Assembly (NCBI GenBank): GCA_030390025.1
Contig: CM059448.1
Coordinates: 14,880,001-14,944,000, forward strand
DNA: 64,000 nucleotides
Direction: 5' to 3'
Origin: Squalus acanthias
Lineage: Eukaryota
The number at the start of each line of letters is the position of its first letter. Position 1 is the first letter of the stretch. Shown piece after piece: positions 50,800-62,104 of this stretch. The notes below the pieces were generated by a model that was not told where the DNA came from, made no database searches, and was given only the letters and a program-made list of their open reading frames with translations. The position numbers were made by a program, and so were the translations under genes.

Positions 50800-52607
50800 G
50801 TAGTATTTAACCCAACAAATTGGACAGGAGATAAAAGATCTTTGGTTTAACTCTGATGGTATAAACCCGCTCAATGGTGCAACCTTCTGAAAGATACTGA
50901 TGATCTTAATCTGTTTTGGTTGCAGTCTGAAAGTCACAACTTTTTCCGTTCATACTCAAAGTAGGAAAATAACAATCTGTGGATTCAATGAGGGGAGGGA
51001 ATTTTGTAACAGTAATTCTTATGAAGGCATCTCTGCACCCTCTTAAAGCCTTTTCAGTTCAGGTCAATATCAGCATCTAGATAATTACTGTACACCAACA
51101 TGAAAATATCTGGAAATAAGTGTCTCCTGCTCCATTTGAAATACAGCTCCAGACTCTCCTACTCCGACTTGGGTGTGCAGTAACTCTGCATGTTGTTATA
51201 TAAACCAGAGCAATTCTTTGAGGTACTGTTCTTTTAAATACAGAAGGACTTGCTCTCGCCAGTGTTCAGGCGGACTTTAAGCTTTCACGGAAGATGTTGC
51301 ATCTTCCAAAAACTGGAATAGTGTAGGCTGGAACATCACAGCGAGAAAGAAATTCGACTATATTTAAATTCACATAGGTTGTTGTAGAAGAGTTTAGAAG
51401 AAAACACTTTTGTCATAGTAAGTGTCCTGTAAGGCATTTGTATACAAGAGATCAGCACAATTACATGAATGATGAAATGACATTAAATGTTTTATGAACT
51501 GTATCTATTGCAACTTTGTTTTTTTATTAAAGTTTGAGCAAAAAAGTTAATTGAAACCCCAAAACAATACTCAAAATCTTTGCACTGGAGAAGCAGAGTG
51601 GCTCTTGGAACACAAGCACCCCCTGGCAAGATTAGAAAAGAATTCCAGAGATAACTGTTTCAGACTGCTCCAGAAATGAAACCCCCTCCCAAAACTCCTA
51701 GTTACAGTAATAGACGAGACTGATTCTCTTGCTGCGTGATGAACCTATTCCTACAGCATTTATCTTACAAAATTTCAAGATAAATGAGATTATATATATG
51801 CCATTTCCCAGCCAACAGCACAGAGACGTACCAGCTCCCGCATTTTTGAAGCTGTTTCATTAAAGACTGAACTTCAACGTATAACATTACATGGAAAGTT
51901 TGGGATCTCTGGGTCAAGCTCCACAATGTTATGCCATCTCTTTAAATACAAAACTATGAAATGCAACTTTGACCACAAACCACAGTTGTAAGCTTTGACG
52001 TCACACCAGGTTTCACTTCTTTCCAATTCTGCAAACAGACAGAATTCTTGTAAACATGCCCTTTCAAAAGAAATTTGTGTTCTCTGAAATAAATTGCAAC
52101 AGACTGACAAATGGTAAGCTTTCATATACCTCAGTGCATGTGAATTAAATAGAGTAGTGACTCTCATGAAAGTCAAATTTTAAACAGCATTAGAAGAAAA
52201 TTTAATTAAAAATTAGGTTAATTTTTTTTTAAAGTTGCTAAAATAGGTAGGCCTAGAATAGATTTAAAAGAAAAGGGATTAGATATCCTGTAGTAGCGAC
52301 TTGAAGGACAACCAGTTTTATCCTTGTCCTCCGACCATCAATGTGTATTAACTATAACTAATTTAAAGCCTAATTGCATTTAATCTGTACATTTCTATTT
52401 TCTGATATTTGAAGTGGAACCATCTGGCCTGTCTGGGCCTAATGTGTTCAATATAGGCTTGAAACTCTTGCATGCTCAAGATTATTGGCAAAAACAGTGG
52501 CCACTATTAAAGGTCAACAGGCTTCTTCTCTTTAATGATTAATTTTACAACAATGCCCCAATGAACTGCTTCATACATTATCACTGAAATCAGTAAGTAT
52601 GTCCAAT

Positions 52608-52860
52608 TGCCCTGCACCCCTTCCAAGGCCAATATATCTTTCCTGAGGCGTGGTACCCAAAAATGAACGCAGTACTCCAGATGGGGTCTGATGAAGGTTC
52701 TGTACAACTGAAGCATTACTTCTTAATTTTTTTAATTCCAAACCCACTTGAAGTGAAGGCCCACATTCTATTTGCATTTTGTAGCTGTGTGCACGTGGAC
52801 ACCAACAGCCCTTTGCTCCTCCACTGCTCCTAGTCTCTCTCCATTAAGAATATAGGACAA
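52608..52860 (-). mobile_element. CR1 LINE fragment
   Basis: LQLYRTFIRPHLEYCVHFWVPRLRKDILALEGVQ. Confidence 0.8.
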
Positions 52861-53487
52861 TCTCAGTATACCATTGGACTGGCTCTGCTTTCTTTACACT
52901 GGGTATAGAAGCAATGGGGTTGAAGTTACCCTGCAGTCAAGTGCAAAGTAAAATAATTTTGTGATGCATGGTGTCTTCTGTGGTAAGGAGCCAAGATGCA
53001 GAAATTCTCAAGAAACGTATTCTTAATTAGGAAAAGATATAAAAGACTAAAAAAGGTACAGTGGTCATTGCCTTTTGTACCATCGAATGCTGCCTCTGAC
53101 TCCACAAAGAGAAAAATATAAGAAACAATGCAATAGTGCTGGATCAATGAACGTACAAGGTTTCTCAGGGGGGAAAAAAAAAGAGGGCAATCTAATCTGA
53201 CTCAAAACATCACACATAGCCAAACTGGTATACGGTACTGCACCAATGGATTCTGACAGACAATAAAATTGGGCTGAGGCATATAATTTAGAATGGATGG
53301 GAGATGGTTAATATAGGACGTTCAACTGTATTTACAAACAATTTTTGTTATAAACACTAGAACGGGCAGCACTTCAAATAAATAAAAGTTACCATTTTTG
53401 GTGCAACTCCCTCACTGTTTACAAAGCCCGTACAATACAAAAGTGGCTCATTCTGGAATGCTAAACATGCCTTTTTTGTGACACAAT

Positions 53488-54227
53488 GGCCCAGAAATTG
53501 ATCTCGCTCTGTTCCCGCGGGGGTAAGGAGCAGGCGCGATCTCTCACTCCGCGTTGGCTTTTTCAGATCCAGCTCGCACAAACTTGATGTTCCAGACATC
53601 AGCTGGGCAGTGCTTGCGTATCCCACCGGCGTAGTGAATTCGTGCGAGCTGTGGGATCACGTGACTCAGTTAGAGCCAATGGCAGCACACCATCTTCCAT
53701 TCATAAGTTTCACATACGTGCTGTGAAAGCTATGAATCTTACACCTCCCCAAAATAACAGCTAAACCTCAATTAAATTTAAAAGAAAAACCATCACATTA
53801 ATAAAATAAGTATAGTTAAATAAATTAACCATTTTAAATAAAAAATTAAATTTTTGAAAAAATTTAAAATCTTTTAAAGTTATAAAAATAAACTTACCTG
53901 TCTTTAAAGTCTCTAAAAAAGATATACTGGTTAAAAAAAATTCAAAAAAACTTAATTCACTACTTACCTTGTTAAAAGTGGGTCTTACTCCTCCTTTTTC
54001 CATTTCTAAATTCTTCCGTCCTTACCTGCGCGTCCAAAGCACGACGTGCACAGCATGCGCGCAGCCTGTAGCGCGCACGCGATGCACCGAGGAACCGCCC
54101 CCTTTTCCAAAGACCAAGTGCCGGTTTTCAGCGCATGCGCAGGGCATGCAGAAAACCGGCAATTGGAGAGAGAATACGTGAGAGTACGCAGTGCGTACTC
54201 TCGCGCAGCGGGATCAATTTTTGGCCC
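53488..54227. mobile_element. Harbinger-like MITE
   Basis: Inverted ends ggcccagaaattgatctcgc / gcgggatcaatttttggccc; AAT duplication. Confidence 0.8.
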
Positions 54228-55680
54228 AATATACCAAAACTATTTTTCTTTGTGTGGGGTGGAGTGGACCAGAGCAAGGGAAGAAGAAAAACACACTAGC
54301 GATATAATTCTTGGCGATTTATGAAAAAGAGCGGAGTTATATGTCAAAATTAATAAATTGTGACGTCCTGGTCTTGTTGCAAGTTGCTATACAACAGCCA
54401 TATGTTGGACAATTAATTTATTCTTCTCCACACCCACCACTACATAGTTATGTACAAAGTTCTAATTATAATGCATATACTACTACCTGCATTATAGCTC
54501 ATGTTCCTCTGTGCTCCATACTTCAAAATTAAATTAGCATGTTCCAAAATTGGATTGCAGCTAGGATAATACGCACATCATTACATTAATTTAAAATATT
54601 TTTAATGAAATAGCCGATTAGTTGAGGAATTATGTTAAGAACACATGATCAAAGAAATAGGAGCAGGAGTAGGCCATTCAATCGTTGGCTTCAATTCCCC
54701 ACACCGTGAAATCAGATTTTATTTAGGTTTTGGGGCAGACACTTGTGCAGCAAATGTTTACTGCTGTAATGACAGAAGTTTTAATTATGCACAGGTCTGA
54801 AGTAAACTGCTGGAGTCCTGCTTGGTTACGCAGCCTAAATCCAAACCTAGAAAGAAGAATTAAGCGCACTGACGTAATAAAGACTCACTACGCACTTGGT
54901 TGAACATAAAGCAAGGCTGGATCCCACGACGATGATATCAACACTCCGCACCCCTATGAAAATGACGCCCCACTTAGGACATCGGGGGATCTGCCGGCAG
55001 CGCTACCGGATCAACTCGGGAGTCTTTATTACGTCAATTTAATCGACTTGTAACAAAACATGGAGGTCTAGTTAGCAGTCACTAGCTTCCTGTTTCCAGA
55101 TTGTCTCTCCCCAAGGTGGGCCCACGCCCGAGTAGTTATACTCCCTGGACGGCGCCCCAGCTGGCCGCCCAGTAGTACTTCCTGAGTTACTTCTTGTAGA
55201 AGTTGCGATTTATGACACGCACATCATTTGGATTAAAGATTAAGCTGCAAATTCAAAACAAATGCAAATGGACAGATATGGAATGAAATGGGTCTTTGAT
55301 ACATTTCACATCAAACTACCCATATGCTGTAAAAGAAGCATCAACAGCTATAGACAAATTTCTCTCATCTTTCAGTCATGCTTGTGTGTAAATTGAGGAG
55401 ATACCTGCCACTCCCTATATTACACTCAACTGTTGAAGATTAGTCTGCCAAATTATAGTATGCACCGAAAAACATAAGCAAGATTCTCCTTGAAGGAAAA
55501 ATGCCGGAATTCCAAGAACACATCTGCAACAATTTGCAATTAGGGATTTCCCTTCTTTTCAATGCTACACAGCACGAACTCGACTCAAATTTCCTCAAGC
55601 AATTGTACATTTACCAAAATATAGTACAAACTCCAATAGAGCCATGCTGTTATTGCAACTGCATATCTTGCAACCCTAAC

Positions 55681-55817
55681 ACAAAAGCAAAATACTGCGG
55701 ATGCTGGAAATCTGAAATAAAAACAGAAAATGCTGAAAATACTCAGCAGGTCAGGCAGCATCTGTAGAGAGAGAAACAGAGTTAACGTTTCAGGTCGATG
55801 TTCCTTCGTCAGAACTG
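55681..55817 (-). mobile_element. Penelope-like family A copy
   Basis: Matches 7957-8094; duplication tatctt(g/a)caacccta (55664-55678 / 55822-55836). Confidence 0.8.
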
Positions 55818-56602
55818 TATTTATCTTACAACCCTATAGGGAAAAATAAAAAATTTTATAGCCCTCATAAAAAGAATGAGGGCACCTTTCAAGAATAAGC
55901 ACATTTTAAACTTCACTATCAATATCTAAGATATAGACACGAAGATTACTCAGTTGTGACTCAAAGACTATGTGCATAGTCATTTCACATTGTTAAACCC
56001 AGTTACCAAATGTACTTGGAAAAATGCTCTTAAGAGTCTAAATGGTCATGACTATACATTGGACAGGTGCCTTTCATTCCATGTCATAATTTTTGAACAA
56101 AATAGATTTTTGATCTATGATGTCCAAAAATATGTTGGTTCATCTTACCATGTTCATTAAATTTTCAACTTACTACAAACACCAGCATTTCTGTATTACT
56201 TAATGTACCAGATTAGTAGCAGAATAAGGACACAATTAATACCAAAATATAAAAACACCATCAGGAAAAACAATTGACACGAGAACCTTTACTTACAAAA
56301 CAGTTTTAGTATGCCTCAAAAATCTAAGGAAAACATTTACTAAATAAGGCACTTTCTAAAAGTTGCATGTACATAGGTAGATAAAGTCATAAGACCACTA
56401 GCATTTTGGGCTTTATAAATAAGGGTATAGAGAACGAGAACAAAGAGGTTATGATAAATTTGTACAAGGCAATGGTTAATCCACAGCTAGAGCACCGTGT
56501 GCAGTTTTGGATGCCCCATTACATAAAGGACATTAAAGTATAGCGAGCATTTCACGTTGATTCACCAGGATGATACGAGGGATGGGAAACTATAGTTATG
56601 AG

Positions 56603-56781
56603 CAATGTTCCCGCTAAGGTATATGCGTGCGCGCGTGGCCGTGCATTAATCTGAAAGGTCCCACGCAGGCCACTCACCGGCTTTTACACTGTAAATACCA
56701 CGCATGCGCAGAAATTTAAAGGGCCCGCACACTAAAAGAAACAGGCCGAGCAGAACAAAATACAGCTTACATGGAACATTG
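56603..56781. mobile_element. hAT-type MITE nested in CR1
   Basis: Inverted ends caatgttcc/ggaacattg; 8-bp duplication gttatgag/gttacgag. Confidence 0.8.
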
Positions 56782-57009
56782 GTTACGAGTTTAAAAAAAA
56801 AAGAAACTTGAGATTCTGGAAATATTTCCACTGGAGCAGAGAAAGCCAAGAGAAGATTTAAAAGGAGGTTTTTAAAATAATAAAAAAAGGTTTTGATGGA
56901 GTGAAAAGGGAGAGACCATGTCTTCAGGTTGAGGAATCAGTGACAAGGAGTCATCAATTAAAATAAGAGTGAGGAGAGAAGTTGGAAGAAATTTCTTTAT
57001 GCAGAAAGA

Positions 57010-57156
57010 GCATGAAATGCTTTGCCACAGGGTGTGGTTGTGTCAGATAGCACTAAAAAAGCATGAAATGCTTTGCCACAGGGTGTGATTGAGTCAGAGA
57101 TCACTAAAAAGCATGAAATGGTTTGCCACAGGGTGTGGTTGAGTCAGAGATCACTA
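57010..57156 (+). repeat. Three tandem copies of a 50-51 bp unit
   Basis: gcatgaaatg at 57010, 57061 and 57111. Confidence 0.9.
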
Positions 57157-57362
57157 CGTATTTTAATGGAAGAGTAGATAAACACTTGTCGTAGATAATG
57201 ACGTACGGCTATGGGGAGAAAGCAGGGCAGTGAGATTAGTTTTGGATTGCTCTAGCAAAGATGGGACACGGACCATATAGGCCAAATGGGCTCTTCCTGT
57301 GCTGTAAAACTTCTATGTTTGTACAAATCTCTAGGGCAGTCTACATGTATGATTATACTGGA

Positions 57363-57738
57363 ATAAAAACAGAAAATGCTGGAAATACTCAGCAGGTCAG
57401 GCAGCATCTGTGGAGAGAGACAGAGTTAACGTTTCAGGTCGATGACCCTTCGTCAGAACTGGAAAAAGTTGGAGATGGAACAGGTTTTTAAGCAAGTGCA
57501 GGGGCAGGGAAAGGGGGGAGGGGAGGAAAGAACAAAAGGGAAGGTCTGTGGTAAGTCCCTGCCCCTGCACTTGCTTAAAAACCTGTTACATCTCCAACTT
57601 TTTCCAGTTCTGACGAAGGGTCATCGACCTGAAACGTTAACTCTGCTTCCCTCTCCACAGATGCTGCCTGACCTGCTGAGTATTTCCAGCATTTTCTGTT
57701 TTTATTTCAGATTTCCAGCATCCGCAGTATTTTGCTTT
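57363..57738. mobile_element. Penelope-like family A fold-back insertion with hammerheads on both strands
   Basis: ~149-bp inverted arms (57362-57510 / 57556-57705); 17-bp duplication tgtatgattatactgga (57346-57362 / 57739-57755). Confidence 0.85.
57606..57642 (+). ncRNA. Minimal hammerhead motif (mirror copy on the minus strand at 57424-57460)
   Basis: agtt-CUGACGA-a-GGGUC/GACCU-GAAA-CGUU-aact. Confidence 0.7.
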
Positions 57739-59883
57739 TGTATGATTATACTGGACTGGAATCTAGCTTGTAATAACCAATAAAGTGGATGAAAGAAACA
57801 AAGGCTCCTTTCATACCAACACTTCTGTATCGATAGCAATGGTTTCAGATGTGGGACGCAAAAGTGGCAGCACAATTTGGGAGCCAGAATGGCGATCTGA
57901 CTCCCAAGGTCCAAACTAATGACAGCACAAAAGTAAACTCGCTGGATTTGCCAAGGCTGCTGACATAACATTTTTCTACTGTTGTGGTACCGTCCTGTCT
58001 AGCAAGTTAATTGGAAGAGGGATGCGGAGATACAGTTGGGATTTAGTGGAACATGTGTGACATTGATGTTATACATGTTGGGCTGGATATTATATTTATA
58101 CTGTTGAATGTTTCTTCTTCAATGGTATCTGAACGCCACCTGTTCACTTCACTGTGTTCCTACATATAGGTAGGCTTTTCTTCAAACTATACAGCAACAT
58201 TTTATTCTTGATGACTGACTTGTTTAATTCTGCAATGTCTGTCAGCCTTAATTTAGAGCATTTAGGTTTTCAAAAAGTTGTTTTTTTTTAAACCCTGCTA
58301 AGTATGGAAACAACCAAAATAAGCAAAAAGGGAAGTTCATATTTCAGAAACTCAACTTTTTAAATACAAAACACTCACAACTTCTGATGCTCATTGTGCA
58401 AAACCTCTTCACTCTGTGTACAAGTGCCTGGTTTTTCAGGCTTTCAAACTGTTGGTAACCAGATGGTTTGTGGTTTTATTTACATAGAAGAAAAGCTACT
58501 ACTCTTTGTATTTGACCTGTTTGTTTAGCTCAAAAAAAAGTGTGGTTAAAGTGAACAAAGCAAACAACTGCACTGCTCCCCAATAAAAAGAGCACATTCA
58601 GTGTTTCTGGTTAGTCTCTCTCCTTTCTCACTCTCTCTTTGTCTGCAATCAAGTACAAGGATTCAATTTGCTGTGCATAAAAGTTTACCTTCCCTAATCT
58701 GCAAATCTATGATGAAAGTGCCCATGAACCTGCTCAACGTGAAAGCAAATTGCTTTGGTTCTGTCTCACAGCACTAATGAAAATCGCTGGTTTTAATTGT
58801 AATTAATTTACTGCTCTGTTAAGTGCACCTATTCAATCACTCGCTTTCATTTTAAAAATTTAAAGAAAAGGCCATTGTACAGCAGCTTGTCAAAGTCAAT
58901 TCAGCTCTAAAGGCAACCATTATTAACAGTTTCACAATCAGGCTTTCAGGCAACAATACCACTCCAAGAGTAAATGAGAGCAGCCTCTTTAATCTTACTG
59001 AAACACATCCTCATTCATCCTATTCAGGAGCGGACATCAAGGAAACCACTGGTAAAAAATAAAAATAAATTTAAAACACTTTCTCAGAGGGTTATTAAAT
59101 TTACAAACTAAAATTATCCACTGCTTTATAGATTGAATTAATAATTCACAAAAAAAGTTTCTGAAATGAGAGTAAAGGATTGAAACCAGATTAAGACCAC
59201 AGAAATAGAAATGGCAAGTCCAATATACATATGAAAAAGAGGTTTACAAAGATTATAAAGAAAAAGAATGCCAATCAGGAAAAAGTAAATTTAGAACAGG
59301 TATTAGAAAAGCTTCTTTATCTTAGTTATTCCAATAGATTTTTGAAACAATCTATTAAAGAGAAAACATTTGGAGTTATGCAAAATATAAATCAGATCTT
59401 ATACAATACGATTGTTAGGAGGCATGGGCTTCGATGTTCAAATGGCCTTTTTCCTTCCCTGACTTTTTCATTCTTTTGAGTTTGTTTGGCCAAATGGCCA
59501 CACAACTCGAAAAGCATTTCCAGAAGAAAAGGCATTTAGTTCAATTCATTCACAATAAAACACAGTAGTGCCATTTGGATATTTTTCTGCAGCAGAATAA
59601 AAGTTGCCAGTAGGTTCAGAATTAAACCTGAGCCTTTGTTCTGATTTCTGTGTCTCCCCCAACTCTATCCTTGGTACCGCTAATGGAGATTGTACTACTA
59701 AAAAGCAATACGGAAATGAGAGACAGAAATACAAGAACAGAAACTGAGGCAAGGCATGGAAAATACAAACTGCAAAGTGGATAGAAAGAACAGAAAGAAG
59801 GGCAAACCAAATTTATCCAATGAACTATGAGGTGTGGTCTGGTGTCATACAGACCAGAAAGGTCTCAGTTTTAGACCCCCCAC

Positions 59884-60071
59884 TCCCCTCCTCATATATT
59901 ATAGTGGACGGAAAGTGCCTATAATTAGCAGGCATAATGCAGAGTCAGTACATGTACAGATCAGTCATCACAGGCATAAAAACAGCACAGAATTTAAAGT
60001 CACACAGTAAAAGAGCTAAACAAGCTGAAAGCTGTGCAGAGATACCATTCACATTTGCTTGAATACTCATC
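59884..60071 (+). repeat. ~185-bp segment duplicated at 61927-62104
   Basis: Direct copy with small indels and substitutions. Confidence 0.9.
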
Positions 60072-60156
60072 AGTCTCAGGCAGAACGGGCACAAATGCCT
60101 GATCTTGGATTGTAGATCGTGCCAGACAGTGCCGGTCACATCAGCAGCTCACTCAC

Positions 60157-60218
60157 ATCCGCTGCAACACCATCGTCAAACGTAGAGCCAAAGGCTCAGT
60201 CAGTCTGCAGCACATCAT
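60157..60218 (-). CDS. Candidate alternative first coding exon of SSH2 (MMCCRLTEPLALRLTMVLQR-I)
   Basis: Open from ATG to a GAT/GTGAGT donor in phase 2, matching the phase of the exon at 48724; internal ATG has strong Kozak context (acgATGg). Confidence 0.4.
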
Positions 60219-60244
60219 CCCGGCTGAGGAGCCCTGCAGCCCGG

Positions 60245-60300
60245 GGAGGGGGTTAAATTTGTGCGCGTCAGATTTGGTGCTTACAGTGTCGATTGGTACA
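60245..60300 (-). promoter_or_regulatory. Candidate promoter: CCAAT (60292-60296), TGACG half-CRE (60266-60270), TATA-like ATTTAA (~60253-60258)
   Basis: Motifs in promoter order upstream of the candidate exon, within a CpG-retaining patch. Confidence 0.35.
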
Positions 60301-60317
60301 CCTCCAGGTACTTAATA

Positions 60318-60783
60318 CAGGAAACTCTTTATTAACCGGCACCGACGGGTCCGGCGTGGTGCCGGTTTATCGAAAGTACCGGATAACGGAGAGTTATATC
60401 TACCGAGGCTATTTTTAACAAAGAAAAATAAATAAAGAAATGTGCAGTATACTTCCGACAGCGCCAGGAGGCCGTGTAGTGGCACTTTTGAAAACTACCC
60501 CTACTGACTAAATCGGCGTTCGCGGACTCGGACTCGGGATCGGCAACATTGCCGGTTATTTGAGAGGAGTTTTTGGAGTACTCGGCGTTCGCGGAGACTC
60601 GACTGCGACTCGGCAACATTGCCGGTTATTTGAGAGGAGTTTTTGGAGTACTCGGCGTTCGCGGAGACTCGACTGCGACTCGGCAACATTGCCGGTTATT
60701 TGAGAGGAGTTTTCGGAGGATGATTTTTGCCGGTTAAGCGAGAATTCCGGATATTTGGGTGCCGGATAAACAAAAGTTTCCTG
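60318..60783. mobile_element. Tc1/mariner-pogo (Tigger-like) non-autonomous transposon with a 70-bp internal tandem repeat
   Basis: TA duplication; inverted ends caggaaactctttattaaccggcacc / ggtgccggataaacaaaagtttcctg; cggcaacatt at 60541, 60611 and 60681. Confidence 0.8.
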
Positions 60784-61926
60784 TACATAATGACATTTAT
60801 GGAAGAAGGTTAAGAACTACAACATTGCTATTACAGGTTGAGAGAAACAATGTATCCTTCACTACAAGAAATTCTATGTCCAGTATATGTCCTAAGCTAA
60901 TATAGCTGAAGCCTGTGGGCACAAAAGCTCCACACCAGATGATCAGAAGCAAACTGCATCACTCCTTAAAAACTGGTTATTTTAGTAACTTGCACATGGG
61001 AACACATTCTATAAAAAGCAATGTCCCTATTTAACATGGCCTATTTAATTAGTGCCAACTGTATAGGCCATTTACATGCAAGCAGGATGACGGAATTTCA
61101 AACCTCACACCATTCAGCACAGAAGGGGATTCAGGTCAGCCTGCTAGCATCTACCATGTCCACCAAGGCCAGACTGACTATATATAGTTAAGCTATGTCC
61201 AGCATTTTATAACTTGTAGAGCTGTGCTCTCCACTTTCCTCAACTGGTCACCGTGATAGAAACAGCCTCAAGCAGGCAGGGCAACTTGTACCAGGAATAA
61301 TAATAATGAAATGAGACTCTGACATTTTTCTGATACAATCATAGTTTGTTAAATCATCAATCTCTTTCTACCATTTTCCAGGAATCAGATATGGCAGTTT
61401 TACTGGATATGCCACTCCCAGTTCAGAAACTGGCAAACCTTCAAAGCACTGACTGAGAGAAGGTTTTTCCTGCAGTCCTGTTTCTGCCCTAAAAACAGGA
61501 GTGCATGATCTACACTTTAGAATATTTATAGGCATGTCCCCTATAATTCCACTCTATAAAAGAATTATTTATCAGAACATTCTGGATATACAGTTTGCCC
61601 ATCCCAACTCCCGTCTGCTTGCCTGAACTCACATTTATACTGGGGTATGGGTGCAACCAGCCCTGCAGAAGCACTAGTGACTATTCACGTGTGGGTCCAG
61701 ACTTGAGCGTTGGCAGGCTGTTCCACTGGTTTTTTTGGGGGTAGGTGGTGCAACACTGTCAAGCCAGATATCGTCCTCTAAAACGCACACCTACCAACAG
61801 GGGTCATTCGATCATGATCAGGAGCAAAGCACATGGCTGATTTACAACCGCCCCCCTCCCCCACTCGAGTCCAGGGATTTTCTTGGGTAATGAAATACAA
61901 AATGAGTGGAATGTCATTTTAAAAAT

Positions 61927-62104
61927 TCCCCTCCTCATATTATAGTGGAAGCAAAGTGCCTATAATTAGCAGGCATAATGCAGAGTCAGTACATGTACAG
62001 ATCAGTCATCATAGCCATAAAGACAGCACAGAATTTAAAGTCACACAGTAAAACAAGCTGAAAGCTGTGCAGAGAGATTATCCATATTTACTTGAATATT
62101 CATC
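61927..62104 (+). repeat. Second copy of 59884-60071
   Basis: Shared aaagtgcctataattagcaggcataatgcagagtcagtacatgtacagatcagtcatca. Confidence 0.9.

Larger units (their letters stand above)
56385..57320 (+). mobile_element. Old CR1 LINE 3' part, interrupted by a hAT MITE and an internal triplication
   Basis: LYKAMVNPQLEHRVQFWMPHYIKDI motif and CR1-type tail. Confidence 0.7.

Noticed and set aside
57010-57156. Three 50-bp repeats as an array system
   Set aside because: Local tandem duplication of CR1 sequence, no spacers
60513-60718. CRISPR-like regular repeats
   Set aside because: The units are contiguous and near-identical with no unique spacers, sit inside a transposon, and the DNA is eukaryotic
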